A DNA stretch of 64,000 nt, from NCBI GenBank assembly GCA_965219955.1, contig OZ244799.1:1184001-1248000 (forward strand), read 5' to 3'. The position numbers and the translations under genes were made by a program. Source of the stretch: a bacterium. Its GTDB lineage: Bacteria; UBA8248. Below the pieces are notes generated by a model. The model had not been told where the DNA came from and ran no database searches. It was given only the letters and a program-made list of their open reading frames with translations. This document shows, in pieces, positions 1 through 8,718 of this stretch. Every line of letters starts with the position of its first letter. The first letter of the stretch is position 1.

Positions 1-1302
1 CGGACCAATCGTTTCGGTTTGGCGCTTCTTGGATGTGTAACAGCCCTGGCGTTGTTTGTCGCACCGGCCGCCGGGGGTGAAATCGACGATCTCAAGGCGC
101 AGATCAAGGCGCTCATGAATCGGCTCGAAGCTCTCGAATCCCGGGAGAAGAAGATGAAGGCCGATATGATGGCCGCCCAGGATGCCGCCCGGAAAAAGGC
201 TGTGGCTACCGGCGACTTCCCGGGCTCCTGGAAGATGCCGGGATCGAACACTTCCGTCTCCTTCAGCGGCTACGTCAAGCTCGACGCTATTTATGATTTA
301 GACCAGGACCTGGGCGATTCCTTTTTCGGCTATGACTGGGCAGGCGGCGCGAGCGGCATACTCCTGGAAGGCGATGACAGTGGTCAACGCAAAGCCTCCC
401 TGCACGCCAGGCAGACGCGCCTGCGCTTCGACAGCCTGACGCCGACAAAAACGGGTGACCTCAAGACCCGGATCGAAACCGATTTCTACGGTGGCGGCAA
501 CGCCCTGCGCCTGCGTCACGCCTACGCCTCTCTGGGCGGGGTGCTGGCGGGACAGACCTGGACGACGTTGATGGATGCGAACACCTACGCCGACACGGTG
601 GACTTCGAAGGTCCTGTGGGCGTGGTGGCAACGCGCCGGCCTCAAGTCCGCTACAGCCAGGCGGTGGGGAAGAATCTCACGATGCAGGTGGCGCTCGAGG
701 ATCCAAGCGCCCCGACTATCCTGATGGGCGGCGGAAAAACGTCCTCCCAGGAGCGGATTCCGAACCTTGTGGCGGCTCTGCGAATGAAAACGAGTTGGGG
801 CGCCATCAACGTGTCCGGGTTGCTGGGGCAGGTTCTCTACGAGGAAGGCGCGACGGAAGAAAGTGTCACAATGAGCGCTCTCCACCTCGGCGCGAACATC
901 GGCCTGGGCAAGGCCACCCGCCTTTGGGGCACGTTCAACGTCGGCCAGGGCGGATTGGACCAGTCCATGCTGGGAGCGCCCGCCGCCGCTGTCTTGAGCG
1001 CAAACAACGAACTGGAAGCGCTGGATTCCATGGGCGGTTTCGTCGGCCTCACGCATAACTGGACCGGCGCTGTGAGTTCGGGCCTGTATTACGGCTGGGT
1101 GGAGAACGATTTTGACGATGCCGCCAAGGCGGCGTATCCGGCCCTCAGCCAGTCGCTCCAGACGGTGCACGCCACCATCTGGTGGTCACCCGCGCCCAAG
1201 ACGAGGATTGGTGCGGAGATCATTCAGGGATGGCGCGAGACGAACGGCGGCGAGGAGGGCGACGCGACGCGCCTGCAGTTGGGTTTCGTGTATAGCTTCT
1301 AG
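1..1302 (+). CDS. DcaP-family outer membrane porin (possibly 5'-truncated by the window edge)
   Basis: Frame open from base 1; signal-like hydrophobic stretch, coiled coil (IDDLKAQIKALMNRLEALE), GYVKLDAIYD, LRLRHAY, GQTW motifs, C-terminal aromatic YSF. Confidence 0.8.
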   Translation, partial: RTNRFGLALLGCVTALALFVAPAAGGEIDDLKAQIKALMNRLEALESREKKMKADMMAAQDAARKKAVATGDFPGSWKMPGSNTSVSFSGYVKLDAIYDLDQDLGDSFFGYDWAGGASGILLEGDDSGQRKASLHARQTRLRFDSLTPTKTGDLKTRIETDFYGGGNALRLRHAYASLGGVLAGQTWTTLMDANTYADTVDFEGPVGVVATRRPQVRYSQAVGKNLTMQVALEDPSAPTILMGGGKTSSQERIPNLVAALRMKTSWGAINVSGLLGQVLYEEGATEESVTMSALHLGANIGLGKATRLWGTFNVGQGGLDQSMLGAPAAAVLSANNELEALDSMGGFVGLTHNWTGAVSSGLYYGWVENDFDDAAKAAYPALSQSLQTVHATIWWSPAPKTRIGAEIIQGWRETNGGEEGDATRLQLGFVYSF

Positions 1303-1415
1303 GTGATTCGTCCGGGGCTCGTGGGCGGAAGCCCACGGCCCCGTGCGGGTCTGTTGAAAAACCCCATCGAAGAGGAAGTTGAGCCTGCGCTTCCGCCCGG
1401 TATCGGGTCTTGGCC

Positions 1416-1628
1416 GTCATTCCGGCGAAAGCCGGAATCCATTTTCGCCTTTGCCTTTTCGCTTCCTCGCTCGGATACCTTTACGCCTGGGCGGGTAGGA
1501 ACAGAATCGAATATAAAATCGAAAGGCGAATTCTCTGAATTCCGCATCTGGATGCCGCGCAACAACAAGGTCGTGGCCGTCCTGCCCAATAAAAAGTCAA
1601 AATGGATTCCGGCTTTCGCCGGAATGAC
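1416..1628. repeat. Palindromic repeat family A: 30-bp inverted arms GTCATTCCGGCGAAAGCCGGAATCCATTTT around a ~150-bp spacer
   Basis: Arms 1416-1445 and 1599-1628 are exact reverse complements; second copy at 40948-41159. Confidence 0.9.
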
Positions 1629-1735
1629 GGCAGTGGTCAATTCCGACCGGGGATGACTTTTTCAACTGGCCCCTATCGGGGTTGCTGAAAGTCTCCTTGG
1701 GGAAGGAGGGAATCCCGATCATCGAATTGTTTATC

Positions 1736-1812
1736 GTAGGGACAGGCCTCCGTGCCTGTCCTGCCCCCCGTGGTTGTCCTTCGTTAGGACAGGCACGGAG
1801 GCCTGTCCCTAC
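1736..1812. repeat. GTAG-type REP doublet (REPIN-like), family B
   Basis: GTAGGGACAGGCCTCCGTGCCTGTCC (1736-1761) and its exact reverse complement (1787-1812); each is a GTAG tetranucleotide plus a hairpin. Confidence 0.85.
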
Positions 1813-1969
1813 AAAACCACTGCGCCTGCGCCGCGTGAACCTCCATGCCGCCGACCCCGAAAGGGCTTTTCAACAGACCCGTCGGTCAGGATTCGCCGAC
1901 AGCCGGATTACAGCGAAACAAGGACTTTACGCCGGATATTTTAATCGCCCCCTACGCGCCTCGCCCCGT

Positions 1970-2629
1970 TTATTTCTTCGCCTGCCGCGAGGCCAGATAA
2001 TCCGCCTCCAGTTTCAATATCCCGTCGGCGATGCTCCGGGCGAATTCCCTGCGGTATTCCCGGCCCTTTCCCGGCTCCGGGGGGATGACCTCGCCCACGC
2101 GGATGACGAGCCAGGGGTCGAGGATTCCCCGCGGGCTGATCAGCGTATTCGAACCCGCGATATAGACCGGGAGAACGGGGGCGCGGCTCATGGCGGCGAG
2201 GGTGGCGACGCCCTCTTTCACTTCCACCTCGGCCGTCGAGTTCACGATGCCTCCCTCGGGAAAAATCACCACCGCGCCGCCCAGGCTCAGGAGGCTGAGC
2301 GCCATCCGGAAGGTGCTGGCGCGCGCTGTCCCCTCCCTGTCCACGGGAAAGGCGCCGTAATAGGTGATGAGCCTGGCGAACAGGGGATTGCGGAACAACT
2401 CCCGCTTGGCCATGTGAAAAACCCGCCTCGGCAGGAAGGAGGCGAGGATCACGGGGTCGAGATAGCTGCGATGGTTCGAGGCCACGATCAGCGGGCCGCC
2501 GGGCGGCACGTTGCGCATGCCCTGGACGTCGACTCCGCCGAAGGCGAGCCTGATCCCCGCCTGGAAAATCTTTTTGAGCCAGGTCGGCTGGCCGCTGGAA
2601 GGCAGGGTGGTTAGACGCTGCTCGTTCAT
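1970..2629 (-). CDS. plsC: 1-acyl-sn-glycerol-3-phosphate acyltransferase (PlsC family)
   Basis: NHRSYLD (HX4D), AKRELF, FPEG motifs. Confidence 0.85.
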   Translation of the reverse strand: MNEQRLTTLPSSGQPTWLKKIFQAGIRLAFGGVDVQGMRNVPPGGPLIVASNHRSYLDPVILASFLPRRVFHMAKRELFRNPLFARLITYYGAFPVDREGTARASTFRMALSLLSLGGAVVIFPEGGIVNSTAEVEVKEGVATLAAMSRAPVLPVYIAGSNTLISPRGILDPWLVIRVGEVIPPEPGKGREYRREFARSIADGILKLEADYLASRQAKK

Positions 2630-2765
2630 ATCCGTGGTTCCGGCATTCTGGGTCCGGACGCTCCCTTCTCCGAGATGCGACCCCTCAGCGCGAACTTCAT
2701 GGATTCCCTACGCTTCATGATATGAAATCCTTTGCGCCCCCTGCAAAGCATTCGGGGCGCCTGCT

Positions 2766-4529
2766 CTAGTCGGCATCGTGCCGGTGATGTTCCTGCTCGC
2801 GCCACACCTTGCCGAAGGCGTGTATCACGTCCTCGGCGGTGATGATCCCCAGAAGTTCGGTCGGGTCCTCGCGGCTCACCACGGGCAGGCGCGAGATGCG
2901 CCTGTCGCCGAGCTTGGCCATCACGGAATCGAGCGACTGGTCCGGGTGCGCGTGCATGATGTATTTTTTCTTCGCTATCTCGCCCAGGGGCTTTTGCAGA
3001 ATTCCCGCGGCCTGCGCCTGGCTGAAGTCGTAGTTGCTCGCCATGCCCGAGAGTTTTCCGCCCGCGTTCAGGACGGGATATCCGGAGATGGCGCTCCCCC
3101 TCGTTCTCTCTATCGCCTCTTGTATCGTGATCTCCTCGGGCAGGGTGATGACGTCGCTGACCATGGCGTCCGATACGTGGATCTCGTGCAGGAGGTGTTC
3201 CGTCTCGTGGTCGGGCAGCGCGACGCCGTCCTGCGAGGAGAGCGCGCTGTAAATGGGCTCGGGGTGCCAGTAGCGCGCCAGGGCCAGGGATATGGCGTTG
3301 GCCACCATGAGCGCGAGAATGATGTTGTAGTCCTGCGTGAGCTCGAAAATGATGAGCACCGACGTCATCGGCGCGCGGATGACGGCCGCGAAGGCCGCGC
3401 CCATGCCCACGAGCGCGTATCCGCCCGGGTGGGCCACGAAACCGGGAAAGGCGAACTCGGCGAGTGACGCCACGGCGCCGCCCGCCATCGCTCCCATGAA
3501 CAGCGTCGGCGCGAAAATGCCGCCCAGAGAACCCGTTCCGTAAGATACTGCGGTGGCGATGAGCTTCAGGACGAGCAGGCACAGGAGAAAAGGCAGCGTG
3601 TAGCTGTGCGTGAGCGCCTTGCTCACGGCGGGGTAGCCCACGGCGAACACCTCGGGGACCCAGATGCCGACCACGCCCACGAGCAGGCCGCCGAGACCCG
3701 TGGCGATGACGCCGCGGAACCCCCGCAGGCGTTTCCACCCCGAGCGGATGAAGAGCAGTCCCTTGATGAACGCCACACCCACGAGCGCGCAGACAACGCC
3801 GACGAAGGCGTAGAGGAGCAGCTCGAGAGAGTTGTCCAGAGCGTATGCCGGTACGGAGAACACGGGTTCGTTGCCGAGCATGGCGCGCGAGACGACGGAG
3901 GCGGACACCGCCGCGAATACGATGGAGCCGAGCACGCGCGCATTCAGATCGCCCACCAGTTCTTCCAGCGTAAAGGTGACGGCCGCTATCGGCGTGTTGA
4001 ACGCGGCGGCCAGGGCGGCCGCGCAGCCTACCGGAACGAGCGCCTGCACGCGGCGTCTTTTCAGGGAAAACGTCTCGCCTATCCAGCTCGCCGCGCCCGA
4101 GCATATCTGCACGGTGGGGCCTTCCCGCCCCAGGCTCGAGCCCGAACCGATGTTGAGCACTCCGATGAGGAATTTGCTGATCCACACGCGCTTGTCGATG
4201 TGGCCGTTGTGGGCGACGTACGCGATTTTCGTCTGGGGGATGCCGCTGCCCCGGGCCTCGGGCGCGAAATACTGGAGGAAGAGCGCGGAGAGAAAGGCCC
4301 CTCCGGCGGGAATCAGCGCCACCAGATACCATGCCCGGTGAATCTCCGCGAGGTCGTGCGAGCCGAAGAGGACCTGGTGCGCCCAGCCCAGTGCGACGTG
4401 AAAGCACACGGCGATGAACCCGGTGAGCGCCCCCACGATGATGGTGGTGAAATAGAAGATGCCGTCGTCTGAAAAATCGAAGTGGAGCAGCCAGCCGAGA
4501 AGCCGTATGCGAAAATTTTTCCAGTTCAC
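2766..4529 (-). CDS. clcA: CLC H+/Cl- antiporter with C-terminal CBS pair
   Basis: GSGIP, GREGP (gating Glu), FTLEEL, GGIFAP, PIYS; two CBS domains; GTG start after AAGAGG. Confidence 0.9.
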   Translation of the reverse strand: MNWKNFRIRLLGWLLHFDFSDDGIFYFTTIIVGALTGFIAVCFHVALGWAHQVLFGSHDLAEIHRAWYLVALIPAGGAFLSALFLQYFAPEARGSGIPQTKIAYVAHNGHIDKRVWISKFLIGVLNIGSGSSLGREGPTVQICSGAASWIGETFSLKRRRVQALVPVGCAAALAAAFNTPIAAVTFTLEELVGDLNARVLGSIVFAAVSASVVSRAMLGNEPVFSVPAYALDNSLELLLYAFVGVVCALVGVAFIKGLLFIRSGWKRLRGFRGVIATGLGGLLVGVVGIWVPEVFAVGYPAVSKALTHSYTLPFLLCLLVLKLIATAVSYGTGSLGGIFAPTLFMGAMAGGAVASLAEFAFPGFVAHPGGYALVGMGAAFAAVIRAPMTSVLIIFELTQDYNIILALMVANAISLALARYWHPEPIYSALSSQDGVALPDHETEHLLHEIHVSDAMVSDVITLPEEITIQEAIERTRGSAISGYPVLNAGGKLSGMASNYDFSQAQAAGILQKPLGEIAKKKYIMHAHPDQSLDSVMAKLGDRRISRLPVVSREDPTELLGIITAEDVIHAFGKVWREQEHHRHDAD

Positions 4530-4566
4530 AACCTCTTACCTATTGAAAACGTCATGGAGCGGCGAT

Positions 4567-5169
4567 TCAGCGTGTGAGAGACCCCGTCGGGTGCGGGCCG
4601 ACGGGCGGATGCGGGGCGGGGTCGATCCCCTCCCGGCGGAGTCTGTCTTCATACCATTCCTTGTGGATGCCGTTGGCCTCGTCCATCGGGGCCAGATCGC
4701 AGAATATCTCGATGCGGTGGCCGTCGGGGTCGCAGAAATACATGGCCCTGTTCTCTCCCCAGGTGCCGTCGCCCTCCGGGTGCGTGGGGCTGTGCACGAC
4801 CGGACCGCGCACGATCTTGACCCCGCATTCTTCCAGCCAGTCCCGCCAGGCGAAGAACTCCGTGCGGTCTTTTACCCGAAACGCGAAATGATGCAACCCC
4901 AGGTCCTTCACGGGCCCTTGATCGTCGGTTCTCATCTCCATGAGGCCGGGTTGCTCGCCGATGTGGTATACTAGGTTCAAATCGTGATGAAACGCGCTGC
5001 AGCGCAGGAAGCAAAGACCCATGTTGAGGCTTGGGTGTTCGTCGGGGCCGTGACGCTCAGAGAGCGTGAAACCGAGAATCTCGGTGTAGAATTTGAGAGA
5101 TTCCTCGATGTCGGACACCTTGACGGCGACGTGTTGTAATTTTTCAAAAGAGGTTTCCGGTCGGGGCAT
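4567..5169 (-). CDS. VOC/glyoxalase-family protein (extradiol dioxygenase-like)
   Basis: LQHVAVKVSD, HHDL, GLHHFAF, YFCDPDGHRIEI. Confidence 0.85.
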   Translation of the reverse strand: MPRPETSFEKLQHVAVKVSDIEESLKFYTEILGFTLSERHGPDEHPSLNMGLCFLRCSAFHHDLNLVYHIGEQPGLMEMRTDDQGPVKDLGLHHFAFRVKDRTEFFAWRDWLEECGVKIVRGPVVHSPTHPEGDGTWGENRAMYFCDPDGHRIEIFCDLAPMDEANGIHKEWYEDRLRREGIDPAPHPPVGPHPTGSLTR

Positions 5170-5259
5170 CGTGTATTCTCCTTGATTTTTCCGGTTTCAC
5201 GGCGCGCTGCGTCCGCCGGGGGTGAATATAGCGCAACTCTTCCTTGGGAGAAACGCAAG

Positions 5260-6018
5260 TTGAGTCGTTTGGACGGGAAAAGGGCGCTCGTGACGGGTGG
5301 GTCGCGCGGGATCGGCGAATGCGTGGCCCGGCGCTTCGCGGCGGAAGGTGCGAGCCTGTATCTGGCCGCCGATGGAACGCAGGATGAACTCGAAAACGTA
5401 GTGCGCGAATGCGGGGCCGCCGGAGGCGCGGCTTCTTTCGGCATCTTCGATCTGAGTGAAGAGGGCGCCGCCGAGCAAATGGTGGAGGCCGCAGCAAGCG
5501 CGCTGGGCGGCGTGGACGTTCTCGTGAACAACGCAGGAATCCGCGCCAGCCAACCCTTCGGCACGTTCTCGTATGCGGATTTCGGCCGCGTGGTCGCCGT
5601 GAACCTGCGCGCTCCGTTCTTCGCGAGCCAAGCGGTGTTGCCGCTCATGCGGGAGGCGGGCGGCGGGCGAATCATCCACGTCGCGAGCCAGTTGGGCTCC
5701 GTGGCGGCGCGCAATACCGCGCTCTACAGCGCTACGAAGGCGGCGCTGATCCAGCTCACCCGCTCCATGGCGCTCGAACTCGCCGGCGAGAACATTCTGG
5801 TGAACGCCGTCAGCCCGGGCCCCACGGCGACGGAATATCTCAAGAAACACGCCTATAAAACGCCTGAGGAGCGCGCGCAACGTCTCGGCACAGTACCGAT
5901 GGGGCGTTTCGGCGAGCCGGACGAGATAGCGGGCGCCGTGGCGTTTCTCGCCTCCGGGGACGCTTCTTTCGTCCACGGGCACAACCTTGTGGTGGACGGC
6001 GGCTATATCATTCATTGA
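5260..6018 (+). CDS. Short-chain dehydrogenase/reductase
   Basis: TGGSRGIG, NNAG, YSATK, VDGG; TTG start after GGAG. Confidence 0.9.
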   Translation: MSRLDGKRALVTGGSRGIGECVARRFAAEGASLYLAADGTQDELENVVRECGAAGGAASFGIFDLSEEGAAEQMVEAAASALGGVDVLVNNAGIRASQPFGTFSYADFGRVVAVNLRAPFFASQAVLPLMREAGGGRIIHVASQLGSVAARNTALYSATKAALIQLTRSMALELAGENILVNAVSPGPTATEYLKKHAYKTPEERAQRLGTVPMGRFGEPDEIAGAVAFLASGDASFVHGHNLVVDGGYIIH

Positions 6019-6099
6019 TGATGCAGGAGCATAAAGAACTTTTCGTATCCGATATCGGCGGGTGAGGGATATCCTCCAGACGCCGCATTCAAAAGGAGC

Positions 6100-6993
6100 T
6101 TGAGAGCCGTGAGCATGAAAGTGGGAGTCGTAGGATTGGGCGTCATGGGCGGCGCGTTTTCGGGCCACATGCTGGACGCCGGCATGGAAGTGGCGGGCTA
6201 CGACCCGCTCGATGCGATGTACGAGAAATTCGAGGGCAGGAACCTGCGCCGGGCGTCCTCGCCCGCGGACGCCGCCGACGGAGCCGACCTGGTGATGACC
6301 TCGCTCCCGAACTACAGGGTCGTCGGCGAGGCGGTGACGGGCGAAGGAGGGGTTCTAGAGGGAATCTCCTCCGGCGGCATCATCGCCGACATGAGCACGG
6401 TTCCCCCCAAATTCTCCAAGGAGATGGCGGAAAAAGCGGGGGAGAAGGGCGTGAGCTGGCTCGATTGCCCCGTAAGCGGCGTGGGGAAGCAGGCCGCCGT
6501 GAAAGACCTGGTGGTGATGGCCGCGGGCCCCAGGGCCGCATTCGATAAGGCGAAGCCCGCCTTCGACGCCATCGGCAAGAAGACGGTTTTCGTGAGCGAG
6601 CAGAACGGGCTGGCCGCCCAACTCAAGCTCGTGGTGAATCTCGTGCTCTTCATCAACATGGCGGGGGCGTGTGAGGGCCTCACGCTCGGCCTCAAGGCGG
6701 GAATCCCCGAAGACGTGATGCTCGAGACGCTATGTTCCGGCGCTGCGGGGTCGAACGTGCTCGACGTGCGCGGCAAGGACATGCTGGCCGGGAATTTCCC
6801 GGAATCCGGCCCGATTTGGATTGTGCTCAAGGACCTCGAATGCGCCATCGACTCCGCCAAGGACCTCGACGTGCCCGTGCCGCTCGGCGGCCTGCTGGAG
6901 CACTTCTTCATGGCTCAGCGAAGCAAGGGCAGGCAGCATGAGGACGGCAGCTCGATTTTCCGCATCTACCAGGAGTTGGCGAACATCGCCTGA
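6100..6993 (+). CDS. NAD(P)-dependent beta-hydroxyacid dehydrogenase (3-hydroxyisobutyrate/tartronate semialdehyde reductase family)
   Basis: GVVGLGVMG, DCPVSG, KLVVN, KDL; alternative ATG start at 6115. Confidence 0.85.
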   Translation: MRAVSMKVGVVGLGVMGGAFSGHMLDAGMEVAGYDPLDAMYEKFEGRNLRRASSPADAADGADLVMTSLPNYRVVGEAVTGEGGVLEGISSGGIIADMSTVPPKFSKEMAEKAGEKGVSWLDCPVSGVGKQAAVKDLVVMAAGPRAAFDKAKPAFDAIGKKTVFVSEQNGLAAQLKLVVNLVLFINMAGACEGLTLGLKAGIPEDVMLETLCSGAAGSNVLDVRGKDMLAGNFPESGPIWIVLKDLECAIDSAKDLDVPVPLGGLLEHFFMAQRSKGRQHEDGSSIFRIYQELANIA

Positions 6994-7048
6994 TGCCGAA
7001 GAAGAAAAGCGCGGCTTATGGGTCGATCCGCCGCGGCGCGTCGTTTAT

Positions 7049-7296
7049 GGGTTTGTTCAATAACCTCTGACCCTTGCTTCGACGTATCGACCTCGCCCTG
7101 AGTAGCCGCCCCTCGACTTCGTTCGGGGCAGGCTCCGCCGTCCCCCCACTTTCCTCACCCTGAGTAGCGGCGAAGCCGCGTATCGAAGGGCGTCTCCTTC
7201 AACAAACTCGGGACGGGCTCTTGATGCGCCCGGGCTCTCCCTCGATACGGCGCGCAAGCGCGCCTGCTCGGGATGAGGAGGGGTTTTCAACAGTCC
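7049..7296. mobile_element. MITE-like element carrying palindromic repeat family C (CTCA(C/T)CCTGAGTAG...GTATCGAAGG doublet)
   Basis: Degenerate ends GGGTTTGTTCAATAACC / GGTTTTCAACAGTCC; 7153-7190 is the exact reverse complement of 46218-46255; inverted partner 7239-7278. Confidence 0.7.
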
Positions 7297-7473
7297 TTTG
7301 CGAGTCGATCCGCCGTGGCGCGCTCGTCGGGTCCCGACCGTTTCTCCGTCTCAGGGGGAGTGGATGAGCAGGTCATGTTATGGTTGAACTATTTTATATA
7401 AATTACTGAAATATAATTTATTAAATTACAATAGGCTGGCGAATCGAAGGCTTCTCCCTCACAACCCGCGCTC

Positions 7474-7719
7474 CTATCCGATGACGGATGAGCGGATAAT
7501 CTGGCGCAACTCCTCGTCGTTCAGCGAGGCGATTTGCTCGAAGGTGATGAGGGCGGTGGTGTCCGGGTCGCCCCGGTCCCCCCACCAGAGCCGGAAACTC
7601 TTCTCCTGGTAGCTGTAGCGGATGTCCGCATCGACGCCCTCGATCTCTCCGCCCAGGATGCGGCTGATGCGCTCGGCCATGATGCGGCTGTATTTTCTCT
7701 GCGCTTCGATGTCTTCCAC
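7474..7719 (-). CDS. Small hypothetical protein (~81 aa)
   Basis: GTG start after GGAG, globular-looking composition; ORF track extends it to 7785. Confidence 0.6.
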   Translation of the reverse strand: MEDIEAQRKYSRIMAERISRILGGEIEGVDADIRYSYQEKSFRLWWGDRGDPDTTALITFEQIASLNDEELRQIIRSSVIG

Positions 7720-7858
7720 GAAAGCGTCTCCCCATCCTTTTCGGTGATTTCCAATGAAGCGATGCGCCGGATGGTTTCTTATCATCCCTCGAATCGCCGC
7801 TTTTCCGCGCCTTTCGAGCCTCTCCTGCTATTAGCAGAAGTCGAGGCGTCATGAAAGC

Positions 7859-8620
7859 CTACAGGTGATACGTCTTTCCCTCTTCGAGCACTTCGATTCT
7901 CGCCTCGCCCAGCGCCTCGATTTCCGCCATCGTCTCATCGCCGTACTGGGCCTTGATGTGAAAGATGTAGACGGGAACGTCGGGCGGCATTTTTCGCATC
8001 TCCGCATGGAGCATGGCGGGGGTCAAGTGCCTGGTCATGCGAGCGAGTTCCTCCATCCTGTTCGGAAACGACACCTCGGTAATGATGGCGCGCAGATTGC
8101 CCACTTCGGCGGCGCCTCGCCAGATGGCCTCGGTCGGCCCCGTGTCGCTTGTGTAGAGCAGCGCGCTTTCTCCGTCCTGGATGATGAAGCCAAAGGTCGG
8201 CCCCTTGTGGTCGACTGCGTAGGGAGTAATTCGGATTCCGCCCAGGGAGCGGCTTTCCATCTCCTCGATGGCGGAGAAATCGAGTATCGGTTTATCTTCG
8301 TGGCAAATCTCGCAAAAATCCGGCCAGACGGCGTTGTTGAAGATGGACTTCTGGATTTGCTCCAGAACGTCGCGCGCGCCGATGACCTTGAGCGAATCCT
8401 CCCGCAAGCCGAAGATGTTGTCCGCGAGGTAGGGCAGTTCCGCGATGTGATCCAGATGCGCGTGGGAGACCACGACGCCGGTGAGCCCGGCCTGCTCCTC
8501 GATGGTGAGGCCCGAGGCGGCCGAACCGCCCTCAAGCAGCAACTCCTCGTTGATGAGAAAAGACGTCAGATGATATCCGGGCGCTTTACCGCCCGCGCAG
8601 CCCAGCACACGGAATTGGAT
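7859..8620 (-). CDS. Class II 3',5'-cyclic nucleotide phosphodiesterase (metallo-beta-lactamase fold)
   Basis: VLGCAGG, SHAHLDH, FNNAVWPDF, YTSDTG, EVSFP, HLTP; start proposed at ATC 8620 (ORF track start GTG 8608). Confidence 0.85.
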   Translation of the reverse strand: MQFRVLGCAGGKAPGYHLTSFLINEELLLEGGSAASGLTIEEQAGLTGVVVSHAHLDHIAELPYLADNIFGLREDSLKVIGARDVLEQIQKSIFNNAVWPDFCEICHEDKPILDFSAIEEMESRSLGGIRITPYAVDHKGPTFGFIIQDGESALLYTSDTGPTEAIWRGAAEVGNLRAIITEVSFPNRMEELARMTRHLTPAMLHAEMRKMPPDVPVYIFHIKAQYGDETMAEIEALGEARIEVLEEGKTYHL

Positions 8621-8718
8621 GGCCTCTCCTCCGCCCTGAACCTCGTGAAGGTGAAGAATCTTTCTCTTTCGGCCTGATTATAGGCACAGCAGAATCGTCT
8701 TGGGAAGATGTTATTTTT

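Larger units (their letters stand above)
1347..1880. mobile_element. MITE-like composite repeat bounded by GGGTCTGTTGAAAA...TTTTCAACAGACCC inverted repeats (two tandem sub-units, 1347-1673 and 1678-1880)
   Basis: Perfect 14-bp outer inverted repeat (1347-1360 / 1867-1880); internal degenerate ends at 1655-1673 and 1678-1696; related ends at four other loci. Confidence 0.6.

Noticed and set aside
1299-1656. ORFs 1299-1640 and 1303-1656, and similar ORFs at 40897-41370, 7057-7290 and 51060-51251
   Set aside because: They are translations of the palindromic repeats (VIPAKAGIH/WIPAFAGMT); one runs through the tRNA.
1416-1812. Possible CRISPR array
   Set aside because: The repeats are inverted pairs, not regularly spaced direct repeats, and there are no cas genes.
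2626-4407. 593-aa ORF and many other long overlapping or antisense ORFs
   Set aside because: Arg/Pro/Ala-rich shadow frames of recognisable GC-rich genes.
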